Below are positions 35,368 to 47,808 of a stretch of DNA of 64,000 nucleotides, piece after piece. A model generated the notes under the pieces. It saw nothing but the letters and a program-made list of their open reading frames with translations, was not told the origin of the DNA and ran no database searches. The position numbers and the translations under genes are program-made. Origin of the DNA: Paraspadella gotoi (lineage: Eukaryota > Animalia > Chaetognatha); the NCBI GenBank assembly GCA_051294375.1, contig CM119267.1, positions 8,249,951 to 8,313,950 on the forward strand, given 5' to 3'. The number at the start of each line of letters is the position of its first letter. Position 1 is the first letter of the stretch.

Positions 35368-38351
35368 TTTAAGGATTAGTAAAACGCAAAATATTTCGGT
35401 TGAAGCTCAAAAATAACTACAAAATAAGCAATCGCTGTATCAGAATTTAGATGTTTTTTTAACGCTTGGTCGAAGTTGAAATCGACCGGTGATCTGTTGC
35501 CTCGCGGGATGCATGGTTGTCGGTCGAGGGAGGAGGCGGCCGATCGAAAAAGGTGAATCGATTACGAGAAATTCTATAATGCCCTTCGGATCGTTATTTT
35601 TTTTAATTAAGCTAAGAGCCAAAAAAACGTGTAAATTGGAATATGTTTATTACAGTTTTCTGACAAAATTGCAAAGACTTAATCTTTTTCGTCTTCTTCC
35701 TTGGATTCAATTATATTCGGTTACTGGCGTAAGTGCGGATGAACAATTTGCGGAACACTGGTCTTCTTTTATCCAGCGTCAACATTTCATAATTATTTTA
35801 AATGAAATAGGTACAACCAATATAAAAATTATCCATGGACAGGCTTTGGTGGTTTGAGGCCTCCATCACTCTTACAAGATAATGACATAGCAGGTCTCTG
35901 CAAGCTTTCAATCAAGACTCAGTCTCGTTTATTCACTCCAAGATTACCTGGCTTCCCTATCACTGACTTCATCATTCAAAGAATGTTTCAATTGTTTGAA
36001 AAATCTTTTTTTAGGCATTTGTAGTATCACAGGTATTAAGTATCATAACGTATTCAAACAAAAGGAACATTTTTAATTTTCTGACTAGAATACTACGCGG
36101 CGCTGCTAGCTTGCAAACTCATCAAAAAGCAAAAGAACAATATTCGAAAAATACAGTAAAAATAGTACAATTGTTTAAATCAATAAAATTCACTCAGTAA
36201 GATTTCATATATTGTGTTTGCTTAAGAAAATATAGTAGTAGAAAGGACGACTATCGGTGCTTGTTAATCATAGTTTTCAGCCGAGATTCATTGGCGCCAG
36301 TCATTCTCACGACCCTCTGGCCCCTCTTGTAGAGAACAAACGTCGGCATTTCCTGGGAAAAATGGATATTAACATATATTAAGCCTGGAAACTAACCAAN
36401 NNNNNNNNNNNNNNNNNNNNNNNNGAGGGCAGACGAGGTCAAGACGGTGCTCCGACCGTCGACGTACACCTCAAGGGAGAAAAATACGTTGGTCAAAAAT
36501 AGAGAAACTTTAGACAGTGATGTTGTGTATAACCTGGACATAACATAAGTTTGATCCTCTGGACGGAAATAAAATATGAAAGAGTCGTCCTTGGGGTGAG
36601 GATTTCGAAGAGTCGCGTTCCCTTCGTCACTCCATCTGAAAAGAAGGTCGATTTCAGTTTAAAAAACATCTAACGTTTTAAATTAATTTTAATTTTGAAA
36701 ACCTGAGGAAGATGAATTTTTATCAAATACTACTTCAACTTCTACTTTTAAACCGTCGGTCAGTTATCTCTCTTTCTACTTTCTGTAACACATCTCACCC
36801 TTTAATAATCACATTGAAGAATTTGATAAGTTTTCTCCTCTTAATTATTTACCTCTGCGGCCATTCCCCGTCCATTCTATTTTCTTTTTTGCTCCTCCTC
36901 GTTCGTTTACCATTAAAGTCTTCTCTCTCCTCTTCCTCTTCCTCTTCTTTTCTTTCCTCCGAAAATAAATGAGCGACATCTTCAGGCCAGACTTCGTCGT
37001 TTGGGAGCGGGAAGACACGGAGCTGATAGATAAAAAAAGTTTTTTGAGAACTTTTTAAGTTTTATTGTGATCGCTATTATTTCAAATATCTTCTCAAAAA
37101 CAAAGGCATGAAGCCAAGTTTGATCCTGGATCGAAGCCAACGTGGGCAAATACAATGTTCAGATGGTATCGGTTAATTCGAGCATTTAAGATTTTTTTCC
37201 TTTTTTACAAAAAACCGTTTTTTAATCTCCTTACGATTTCTGATGAATCCTGTTTGTATCTGATAACGTAGGAATTTGTAGAAAACGTGAGCAGCAAAAA
37301 ACCAATGCAAAAAAGACGGCTTCCTCCCGAGTTTGAACATTTTAAGGATTAGTAAAACGCAAAAATATTTCGGTGAAGCTCAAAAATAACTACAAAATAA
37401 GCAATCGTGTATCAAGAATTTAGATGTTTTTTAACGCTTGGTCGAAGTTGAAATCGACCGGTGATCTGTTGCCTCGCGGATGCATGGTTGTCGGTGAGGG
37501 AGGAGGCGGCCGATCGAAAAAAGGTGAATCGATTACGAGAAATTCTATAATGCTCTTCGGATCGTTATTTTTTTAATAAGCAAAAGCCAAAAAAAGCGTG
37601 TAAATTGGAATATGTTATTACAGTTTTCTGACAAAATTCAAAGACTTAATCTTTTCGTCTTCTTCCTTGGATTCAATTATATTCGGTTACTGGCGTAAGT
37701 GCCGATGAACAATTTGCGGAACACTGGTCTTCTTTTTATCCAGCGTCAACATTTCATAATTATTTTAAATGAAATAGGTACAACCAATATAAAAATTATC
37801 CATGGACAGGCTTTGGTGGTTTGAGGCCTCCATCACTCTTACAAGATAATGACATAGCAGGTCTCTGCAAGCTTTCAATCAAGACTCAGTCTCGTTTATT
37901 CACTCCAAGATTACCTGGCTTCCCTATCAATGACTTCATATATGTTTCAAAGAATGTTTCAATTGTATTGAAAAATCTTTTTTTAAGGCATTTGTAGTAT
38001 CACAGGTATTAAGTATCATAACGTATTCAAACAAAAGCAAATTTTTAATTTTCTGACTAGAAATACTACGCGGCGCTGCTAGCTTGCAACTCATCAAAAA
38101 GCAAAAGAACAATATTCGAAAAATACAGTAAAAATAGTACAATTGTTTAAATCAAATAAATTCACATCAGTAAATTTCATATATTGTGTTGCTTAAGAAA
38201 ATATAGTAGTAGAAAGGACGCCTATCGGTGCTTGTTAATCATAGTTTTCAGCCGAGATTCATTGGCGCCAGTCATCTCACGACCTTCTGGCCCCTCTTGT
38301 AGAGAACAAACGTCGGCATCTCCTAGGAAAAATGGATATTAACATATATTA
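34445..38351. repeat. Duplicated segment B: 34445-36381 matches 36425-38351, separated by N gap 36400-36424
   Basis: Colinear ~1.9-kb copies containing the 5' half of the lectin-like gene and thioredoxin exon 2. Confidence 0.95.
36251..36352 (-). CDS. Thioredoxin exon 2, intact copy (alternate haplotype)
   Basis: EMPTFVLYKRGQRVVRMTGANESRLKTMINKHR*, 102 nt, after a ccag acceptor. Confidence 0.85.
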   Translation of the reverse strand, partial: EMPTFVLYKRGQRVVRMTGANESRLKTMINKHR

Positions 38352-40429
38352 GGCAGTGATTTCTATGCGAGGAATTTAGCAAAAAAACCACTTTTTCAAT
38401 ACTGTTAGAATATTACCAACATGATTAAATTTTACTCTAAGACAAAGTTGGCAAGATACAGATTAATTAAAATCATCTGTTGCTATTTTTCTAATCAACG
38501 AATCAATTCATTTTTGCTAACTTTTAATAAAAATATGTCCATTTTGTCCATTTTGACTTTTTGTCTTGAGATTTGAACGCTAAGATCATATGGCAAGAAA
38601 AATTTTGGTTAACTTCCGGCTTTTTGGGTCTTAATCTTCTTTACCTCTGAGTTGGTTCATTTGCCATTAGTCATCTATTGTTTGCCTATGGATTATTTTT
38701 AAATTGACGAGTATAATAACTTACATTTTTACATTTTATTAAATTTGTTAAACGAAAATACTTCAATGTCCACAATTCTAATCAAATTTCCCTATTGTTG
38801 GTCGCGCTTCTGTACCTAGAGATCGTAGGGCAATCTTAAAACTCACTAGTTCTTGCTACAGAATTAAGCACTTTGAGATTTGGAGTATTGATGCAATGAC
38901 GTATTATTTAAAGCTCAAATACATCGGATTTTTGTACTTATTTTATAGATATTCATAATATATGAGTATGAAATATATATTGGCTTAACAAGTAAAAAAC
39001 GCATTCATTGTTAGTAATGGCATAACGTACAGTAATTCCTCGTAACGGGTTTTTGCGAAAATTCCGAACATATCTGTCGATTATTTAAATCTGCTAGGCA
39101 ACTTATGAATAAAATCATAGCTACGAGATTTAAATAAAAATTGAGAGGTAACGAATCGTAAGGATTATTAACGCTATTACATTATATCGACGTTTAAGAA
39201 CCTGCAGTATGGAAACTATATCTATTTTGTAAATTGCAGAGAAGGCTGTGGCGAGGGCTTTAGAAATTGATTTTTTACTCTCATTGGCATCACGTACTTA
39301 AGTCTAAATTATATACAGTTATTTCAAGTTTTTGACGCAAGTTGTTTGATGGCTGTATTTACCAAACTTATGATGAAGAGAAGAAGAGAGAGAGAGAGAG
39401 AGAGGGAGAGAACGTCCACTAAGAATGTTATGGATGTAGAGACGTGTAGGAAGGTGACTGAAGGGAGAGAAAACGTCGACTAAGAATTGAGTTATGGATG
39501 TATTGAGGGTGGACAGTTGTGACGGGGACTGCTAATGACGAAAAATAAAATATAAGCTTAATTATGTTGGCGTGAAGAATCAAATACTTCACACAGATAG
39601 AAAGAGAAAAAGAGAGTAGAGCGAAGTCTCGAGAAAGAAAGAACAAGAAAGATGAAACAAACAGTTTAATAATATACGTGCCGATTTTTTGCTAAGTCAG
39701 CTAAGTATATCTATAAAAACGCGACAGATCTTACCGAGCAATTTACTATCATTTAAAGTTGTTCTTACCATGAAAAATCGTTTTTAGTTTCTTTTTAATA
39801 AAGGCTGATACCGTAATCTGGAATGGGATTACGTGAAAAGAAAATCATTGTCTTACCGTATTTTAAAGCATAGAAATTCACCCATGAGTTCATAGTTATA
39901 AAAGGAGAAGATAATAATGCCACCCGTTTTTTTTAAATAAAGAAAATTTCATATTTATTCAGTGGGAAAAATAATAAATACCGTTATTTAAGTATTTAAC
40001 AATTTTCAATGTTGAAAAATCCCCAAATCAAAATTCACTGCCATTAAGCCTGGGAAATAACCAATCAGCACCTGCTCAAGGGGCGGAAAGTGAATTCAAG
40101 TCCGTTTAAATATATACGCTGCCGATTTAAGATAAACAGCCCAAAAATTTTAAACTGATTTTTAACCCATCACGAGGATCGACTACCTTAACCCATCGCG
40201 ACCCGGAACTTACCTTGACTCCGTTGTCCTCGGCGACGTCTTCGACCTTGTCGACGTCAACCTTGAGGAAGACGACGTCGTCCATGTCCTTCGACATGGC
40301 GACGACTTTGGGAGCGATCTCCTTACAGGGTCCACACCACGTGGCGAAGAAGTCGACGACGACGAGACGCTCTCCCGCCGAAACTAATTGGACGTAAAAG
40401 TCACCAGAGTTTTTTACGTTGTGTACCAT
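38222..40429 (-). CDS. Trx: Thioredoxin (WCGPC), about 105 aa, two coding exons
   Basis: Exon 40429-40214 encodes MVHNVK...VVVDFFATWCGPCKEIAP...FLKVDVD. Exon 38322-38222 encodes EMPTF... and lacks one A relative to the intact copy at 36251-36352. Confidence 0.92.
38352..40042. mobile_element. 1691-bp non-autonomous DNA-transposon-like insertion in the thioredoxin intron
   Basis: Ends GGCAGTGATTT... and ...AAATTCACTGCC are inverted. ATTA is duplicated on both sides (38348-38351, 40043-40046). The empty site tatATTAagcctgg is visible at about 36375-36388. No transposase-length ORF inside. Confidence 0.85.
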
Positions 40430-43400
40430 GGCCGGGGGTTGACGGTAGGAGAGGTTGTGTAGGTTAAAATGTTTAATTTTAATTTAAATTCAATTCTTAT
40501 CACTTATTTAACATTCACGAGTTACGTTTTCAAAGCCATTTGAATATTCGTCTTCAGTGATCAAAAATCTAATTTACTCAACGATATCTTATGTTCGTAT
40601 TCTTTATTTGCAGGACTTGAGAACAAATTACGATATCTTTTGTTGAATGAAAAAAGGTGTAAGCGTATCTAAAGTAATTTACGACTTTACAGAATTTATA
40701 ATAAACTATTTAATGATTCCTATTAGTAAGAACTGAAGACGTTTACTGAGCGAATTTGAGTTTGTTCGTTGTAAAAAAGAAAAATTCTCTGACGCTAAGC
40801 GATGCCGAGCTAGTCACAAGAAGTTTATTTTTATCATGAAAATTATTTTTAGCTTTTAGCTTTTAGCAGACATTTATCTACCATCTCAATATATAATATA
40901 CGAAGGTAAAGTAAAAACGAAACAAGCAGTTTTTTATAATTGAAATCTGTATTTTTTAATTTTTGGGTTTATTCAGACAAAACGAACGAAATAAACAGTA
41001 CAATAAGAAAAAGTTATATTAACGGGTAATGTCGAGGGATGCACTCATCAGTTTGAAGAGCATGTTTCACAGATAAAAAAAAACTTATTGTGTTAAAAGT
41101 ATCAATACTAAATATTTTTTTCTGGTAGGAATCTTATACCTGTGAAAACAAGTAACTGAACGAGGTGCACATATGTAGGCACTTAATCGAATGTTCATTG
41201 AAAAGCAATGTAACATAGTTTAATAACTAATTCATGCAGCAATGAACTGTAAAGAATCAGTTGTTAATATTAAAATTAGTTGGGCGAGAAAATTTTTGTT
41301 TTCTCGAAATAATGCAATGAAACCAATTATCTAACATAGGTCTCGCTGCAGATATATGCCACGTTTCTAGTTAAATACTATATACATCATAATGTTTGGT
41401 AAAAACCCGAATAAAAAGGTTTTCATTGACCGGAGTATATATAGGATAGAAAAGTACAAGAGAGAACTCGACAATTTAAAAACCCTCTGTCAAAATAGTT
41501 CCCAGCCCCGATTAAAAATTCATTTTATTTGGCGAATTCTCCTCCAAATAGTAATTCACAAACCCATTACTTATTCTTTAGTTTTTCCAAAGTTTTATTG
41601 GTATGACTGGGAGATTACTCTCGGCGTCGGTATTTTAAGAACGCTTTAATTTTTTTGCGTTCTCCGTTTTTGTTTGCGTCGCACGTCGTCTTGCTCTTCG
41701 TTTTGTCTTCGCGGTCAAAACCAATCAGTCGCGCGCCAACTTTTAAAATTTAAACGTCGACGGGCTTTCGCGGATTCGTACTCGTCGTCGAAATGCTCGA
41801 CTTTCGTTCCGACCTGAAGAGAAAACGTTATTTTTTTTTATTTTCCCGACTTTTTGCCAATTTGATAATTTAAATTTAAATTTTGAACTCACCCTCTCTT
41901 GATTCTGGCCGAGGAGGCGGCGGTGGGGGACAGGAATGACGGGACCCTCCTCACTCCGGGCGTCGTCGTGCGGGGTGAGGAAACGAACGAAGACGACGAC
42001 GACCCCACTCGATCCCTTAGCGTCGAAGACGTCGTCGACTTGAGCGAGTCCGAAGTCGAGCTCCTCTCCCTCAACAGCCCCGACCGCACGCTGGAGACGC
42101 TGCTGGCGGGGCTGCGGCTCGAGACGCTGCTGGCGGCGCTGCGACTGGAAACGCTGCTGCGTTCCCGAGTTAGTCGCGATTCGAAGGAGCGGTTCAAGTC
42201 CGATGAAGCGCCACCAAGGCCGCGCGCCGTGGAGGTTGTCGAACGGGAGTTGTTGGGTATCGCGACGGCGTTTGAGCGGTCTCGTTGAACGCCGAACGAC
42301 GTCGAGGAACCAGACGAAGGGGTGGGCGCGGATTTGAGGCGCGAGTGCGCCCTCGCGGACGTCTGTGAAATCTCTTTGTTGACATTGTCGTTGTTGTTGA
42401 CTTCGAACTTTTCGCTTCGTCTGGATTTGGAGCCGATCGCGACGGGTTTTACCGAGCGGTCCTGATGACGCCTGAGCGAGTCTGTGACGTCGGTTGTCTC
42501 GGAAACCGTGGAAGCCTCGGCGACGGGGAGAGTTCTTCGTTTGGCGTTGACGACGCTGGATTTGCTTTTAGCGCTGGATCCGCTAGAAGCGTTGGAAGTG
42601 AGCGAGGCCGCGGACAACGTCGACGCCTCTTTCACAATCGATGTCGGCGTCTGAGGCGGCGTGGCCTTCTCCGCCGAGGGCGGGCTTTTACGGGCGGAAG
42701 TCTCTTTCGTGCGATTTATGGTTGGCTTGGCGAGGTGCGTTCGAGAAGTCGAAGGACGCGTCGACGTCGTCTTTTTGATTAAAGCACTGGCGGATCGATC
42801 GGGGCGCGTAACGGCGCTCGTTTCCTTTTTCGTTACTCTGACGCTGGCGCTGCGTCCCAGCGGTTTGTCAGTTCGAACGACGCCGGATCGGAGGGCGCTG
42901 GCGACGTCGACGCCGACTCTACAGGAGTCCAATTCGTCGTTGTCGTCATCCACGACCCCTCTCTTTGCCCTGTTCCGAGAGACGACCCGGGATCCGCGAA
43001 GCTTTCGCTGTGGTTCGACAGAGTTTCGGATCCGAGACCCTCGTCCGGCAAATTGTCCATCGACGCCCGCAAGAGGGCGTTCGCCTTGGCGTCGAGATCC
43101 TCCCCGGCGACTTCTTTTCCGCGTCGTCCACGACCACTTTGACGGAAAAATCGAAGGCGGAACCGGCGCCACCGGCGTCGCTTTCGAAGGCGTACTGGTC
43201 TCGACACTTGAGGCGCTGGAGTCCCTTCAATTGCGTCGTCGAGGGTGAGTTTTGCTCGCGTCCGAGAAGCTGCTCCAGTTCGGCCCGATCCTCCTGGACG
43301 AGGACAGTGGAAAGATTTGGTTGATCGGTTCAATTCTATTTAAGTCTCCGCAAAGATGATCGCTCTTACCTCGACGTTTTTTCTGTAACCAAAGTGTAAC

Positions 43401-46400
43401 GTCGGTATTCGTTGGCATCACTTTTCGTACTGGCTTTCGTTCTTCCTCTTCGCTGACTTTTCGGCTGCAAAAATTAATAATAATTTGATAATTTGGCAAT
43501 AATATAAGCATTCGGCAAACTTAAAACGATAAATTAGACTCTAACCTTAATAATCTCGTAGTGGTTTCCGAAGCGGTCGACGCGTCCGAGCTACCGCCTT
43601 CCAATTTCTTGGGATCCTCGCCCCTCGTCTCCTCGACTCGCGAGGACGTCGGACCCCGAAGGGCCTTTCGCTCGATCGCCTTCCCTTCCGGCGTCGAAGC
43701 CTCGAGATCTTTTCCCTCGGCCTCGATTTGCCGGATCACGTGGTCGATGTCCCTTGGAAGACTCTTCGCGCAAATGCTGCTGGGTCTATTTTTTTAAAGA
43801 GCGGTGGTTAAAATACTACGTAGTAATTTTGATTTTTTTTTCCCCTTACTTTTCGTTAAACTTATCTTTTTCTCACCTCATGTCCTTGGAGCCGACGAGG
43901 CTTCTCCTTCTCCGAACCACACCGGCCTCCGGGTCGCTCTCCGCGCGGACCGACTCTTCTTCCTCTAGACGCTGGAGAAAACCGGAAACATCGGATTTGG
44001 TGAAGCTGCTTCTTGTGAGGGCTCGAGTTGACGGGGAGTTGGGGGAGGTGGTGGAGGAAGGGGTGAAGGGGGAGGTAAGAGCGGTGGAGGGCGTGCCGGG
44101 GGTTGTGGATGTGGACCGGGCCAGGGCCGAGGCGGCCTCAACGTCGCTCTTGTCCACTTGACCACCCCATCGCCTTTGCTTCCGCTCGCGGATGCGGGCC
44201 TCGATTCGATCTAGGAATTAGTCATTACATTTAATCATTTTAAATTTGAAAATTAAGGAATTTTTTTTTTTTTACGATTTCTTCCTAACGTATGCCAGTT
44301 CAACGACCAATCATTTACCTTCAAGGTCCGTGTCCAAAGTGAGACCGTCCCGCAACCCTCTTCGGACCGCGGAGTCACGGTGACCCTCGAGGGCCGCGTT
44401 AACAGATCGAAAGTCGAGTTCACTGCTGTATCTGCGTTCGGAGCGAGGGCGATACGAACTGGTGCGTCTGAGGATGAAAAGAGAGGGATCAAATTAGAGA
44501 ATTGTGATATTCACCCGCAATGAATTACTATCTGAGAAGAGTCTTGTTTATTGATGTAAGTGAGTTAAATTTTTTAAAAGCTGTTGACTTCGATCGACGA
44601 TTGATTATCACCTCAGCGGTGGGTGGGATTTCAAATCTTCCAAGCCGTCGTCGTCTTCGATTTTTTCTGTCAAATTTCGAGAGGGCCTTGTGGTTGTCGT
44701 CGTCACCGTGGTTGGTCTCGACACGGGGGATGTTTTTGGAGACGTCGTGGGTTTTTTGGTCGTCGGGGATTGAGGAGTTTTGGATGAGGCCGTCGTCGTT
44801 AGAGCCTTGGAGGAAGAAAGTCGACTGTTGGGCGAATCCGGTGAAGCGGGGTCGGATCTTGAATTGGTCGCGGAGAGGGTGGTGGGGTTAGTGGACGAGA
44901 GGGCGCTGGGTGCGGAGAGGGAAGCGGGTCGGGTGGCGGTGGTGGTCGAAGGGATGTTTGATCTTGCGTTGGAGAGTTTATCTTGAAGAGTAGACCCCGG
45001 CGAAGTCTCCACCGAGGGTCTATATCTCCAGTCTCTCCTCAACGAGTTCGTCCGCTGCAACGGCAACGTTCTGGAAGCATCCTCGACCGAGGGAGAGATT
45101 TTCGGCGTCGGCGGGTCCGCCAGATCGCGGATTTTGGAGTTTGGTTCCAAAGGATCGCGGATCGAAGGATCCGTCACAACGAAGGTCGATTCGATGGAGG
45201 AGATGGCGCGCTGAACTTCCCCGCTGCCGCCGTTCGGGCTTAGGTCGGTTGGGCGTGGCGATGTAGGAGTCTTGACGGGCGAGGGGGCGCTGGGAAGAAA
45301 GAGAAAAATGAGTTTCAATTCGCAAGAAGAGCGAGGCGTATTAAAGGAAGAAAGCGAACCAGTCTTTCACTCAGGACTTATTGATCAAGATTTAAGTTTT
45401 GTACCTCTGGATTGGGCTTATGCTCTCAATCGCATCTACGACGGCGCTGACGCTCGCCACGTGCTCCTCAGCCTCGCGGTATTTGGGATGCGCCCTCTTT
45501 GATCGAACAGGAACATCAATCTCCACCTGCAGACAAAATTGCATATTTGTTTGAATTGGTTTTAAAGCACAACTGATATGACTAGATAACTTTTGAGTTT
45601 AAAATTAAAAAGATAATACATAAAAAAAATGAGATCAACAGAAAAAAAAATAAGATTTCACTTCCCCAGTTTTCCCCACCGAGTAGTTCCAGCTCACCTC
45701 TCTCCAGTCGAAACGCTTTTTTCAGCTGATCCCTGAGTTTGGACGGATCCATTCCCTCGTCTTCCTCCATCCGATTTCCCTCTTCCTCCTCCCTTTCTTC
45801 TCGCTTCCCCCTTCCCGTCGTGAAGAAACTCCAGCAGCCGCCCGTCGTCTTCCTGGGTGGTGCCCCGCGCAGGTTGGCCCCCAAGCCGCGGTCAGACTCA
45901 AGGGTCGCTGAGCGCGTTCGAGAACCCAGCGGAACGCTGAGAGACATTCCTCGCTGGAGGCTGCTCGAGGGGCTGTCGCTGAAGGAACGGAATGGATAGA
46001 GGAGAGGTAGATGAAAAATTCAGTTAGTTCTTCGTTGGAGCGCTTCCATTTAAATACTTTTTTACTTCCAACAATGTTTCATAGATTTATGTGGCACCAA
46101 AGAAGATTTAAAGTTATCAAATTTGCTTGACGTTTCGTTTGACGTCTTTTTTTCCAACTTCTTTTAAAATCATATACTGATAGCTGTACTTTGAAGTACT
46201 TTGAATTACTAACAACTTTTTACTTCAATTAATTAAGAAATTTTAGCGTTCGAAGATTGGGAAAGGGCCAACTTAAATAGAACTTGTCTTTTAAACTTAA
46301 CTTATCTTAATTAGACCTTACCCGCTGTTCTCGGACGACGCGTCTCCGCCGAGTCCAACAACTCTTTGTCTCGTACACCACGCGGTGGACGAACGCCTCG

Positions 46401-47207
46401 GGACGTGCGGAGACACCCTGCGGCGCCTTGCCCGACTCAAGCGCCTCGCCAGGGCTGCGGTCGCGTTCGCGGGCAACTTCATCGATCGCGTTCAAGATAC
46501 GGGAACTTCCTCGTCGGTGATTGCGGCGAAGGGAGGACCGAGCAGAGCTGGAAAGGACTCGTATAATTAATATAAGCAAATAGGTTTCCAGAGAGAAGAG
46601 AGAGAAAGAGACGAACCTGTTTCGCATAAAGGAGGCGCCGACGTTTTCCAGTTCGCTTCCGGGTTCGGCTCCGACTTCCGCTTCGCCTCCGGACTCGACA
46701 GAGTGGAGTTCGCGTCGAGTGAGGATCGGGGAATCCTCGGCCTGGCGGAGAGAATATAAAAGATTATATAATAAAAAAAATTAGTAATAAAATAGAAAAG
46801 AATAGAAGAGATTAAGAGAGCTTATAAAAAAATAAAACTGCAGAAGGTACATTGAAAATGAGCTGGGCTTTTAGGATTTTCGTTCACTATTTTTATTTTC
46901 GGCGCTGAATTATTTTATAAACACTTCGCTATTATTTTTTTAAAATAAATTTTAGACTTGTCAATATTAAAAACATTTTTATTGATTGTCATTAATGACT
47001 TTGTTGGGCATTATAATTTTTAATAAAAAGTTAAGCCAAATTTTTTTGAGAGCTTTTGTTTTTTTCACTTTTTTCATTGGATTTAGTGTTCTCTGGAGCA
47101 AATGCTGAGTAACTAACATAAATGAATAGATAATTGATAATTTTGCCAATTTCATAAAATTCAGCTCCTAGTAAATTTATTCTGGGCGGAGTACAATATA
47201 ATATTCC

Positions 47208-47399
47208 TCGATCTAATACTTTTCATACAATTGAAACAGTCTTTGAAATATTATACCAGTTAATTGATTAAAAGCTGTGTCATTATCTTGTAAGAGTGAT
47301 GGAAGCCTTTAACCACAAAAGCCTGTCCAAAATCAGAGGCAAGATAGCTTATTTATTAAATGAATAGAAAATTTTTATATTTGTTGTGCCAATTTCATA
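47208..47399 (+). mobile_element. Internally deleted copy of the ~270-bp repeat family in a formin intron
   Basis: Retains both ends (cgatctaatact and ccaatttcata) with two internal deletions. Confidence 0.75.
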
Positions 47400-47732
47400 A
47401 GCAAACTTCCTACGTAGAAAACTTTTTCAAGAATTTTCAACAATGTAAAGTGATTATGACGATTTTTATAAATATTTTTATTAACGGGCTCCGTTAAAAA
47501 GTTTACTAACGAGGAGGTTTGCATCGCGAAAAAAGAACTCTCTTCGTACTCTCTTTTGACGAGTTAAAAGTTACAAAATAGAAATAGAAAACGGAAGCTT
47601 TTAATCCCGGCTTTGTGTTTCCCCCCCCAAGCCCGACTTTGCAAATTGTACAAATTCGAATCTTAAACTAAAGTCTTCATCGTTGAAGTCAAAGAAAATC
47701 TCCAACGAAGACTCTTTTTTTTAAATTTTACT

Positions 47733-47808
<76 letters not shown>

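Noticed and set aside
38222-38322. Thioredoxin pseudogene due to a frameshift
   Set aside because: Only one base is missing, in an indel-prone assembly, and the other copy of the exon (36251-36352) is intact.
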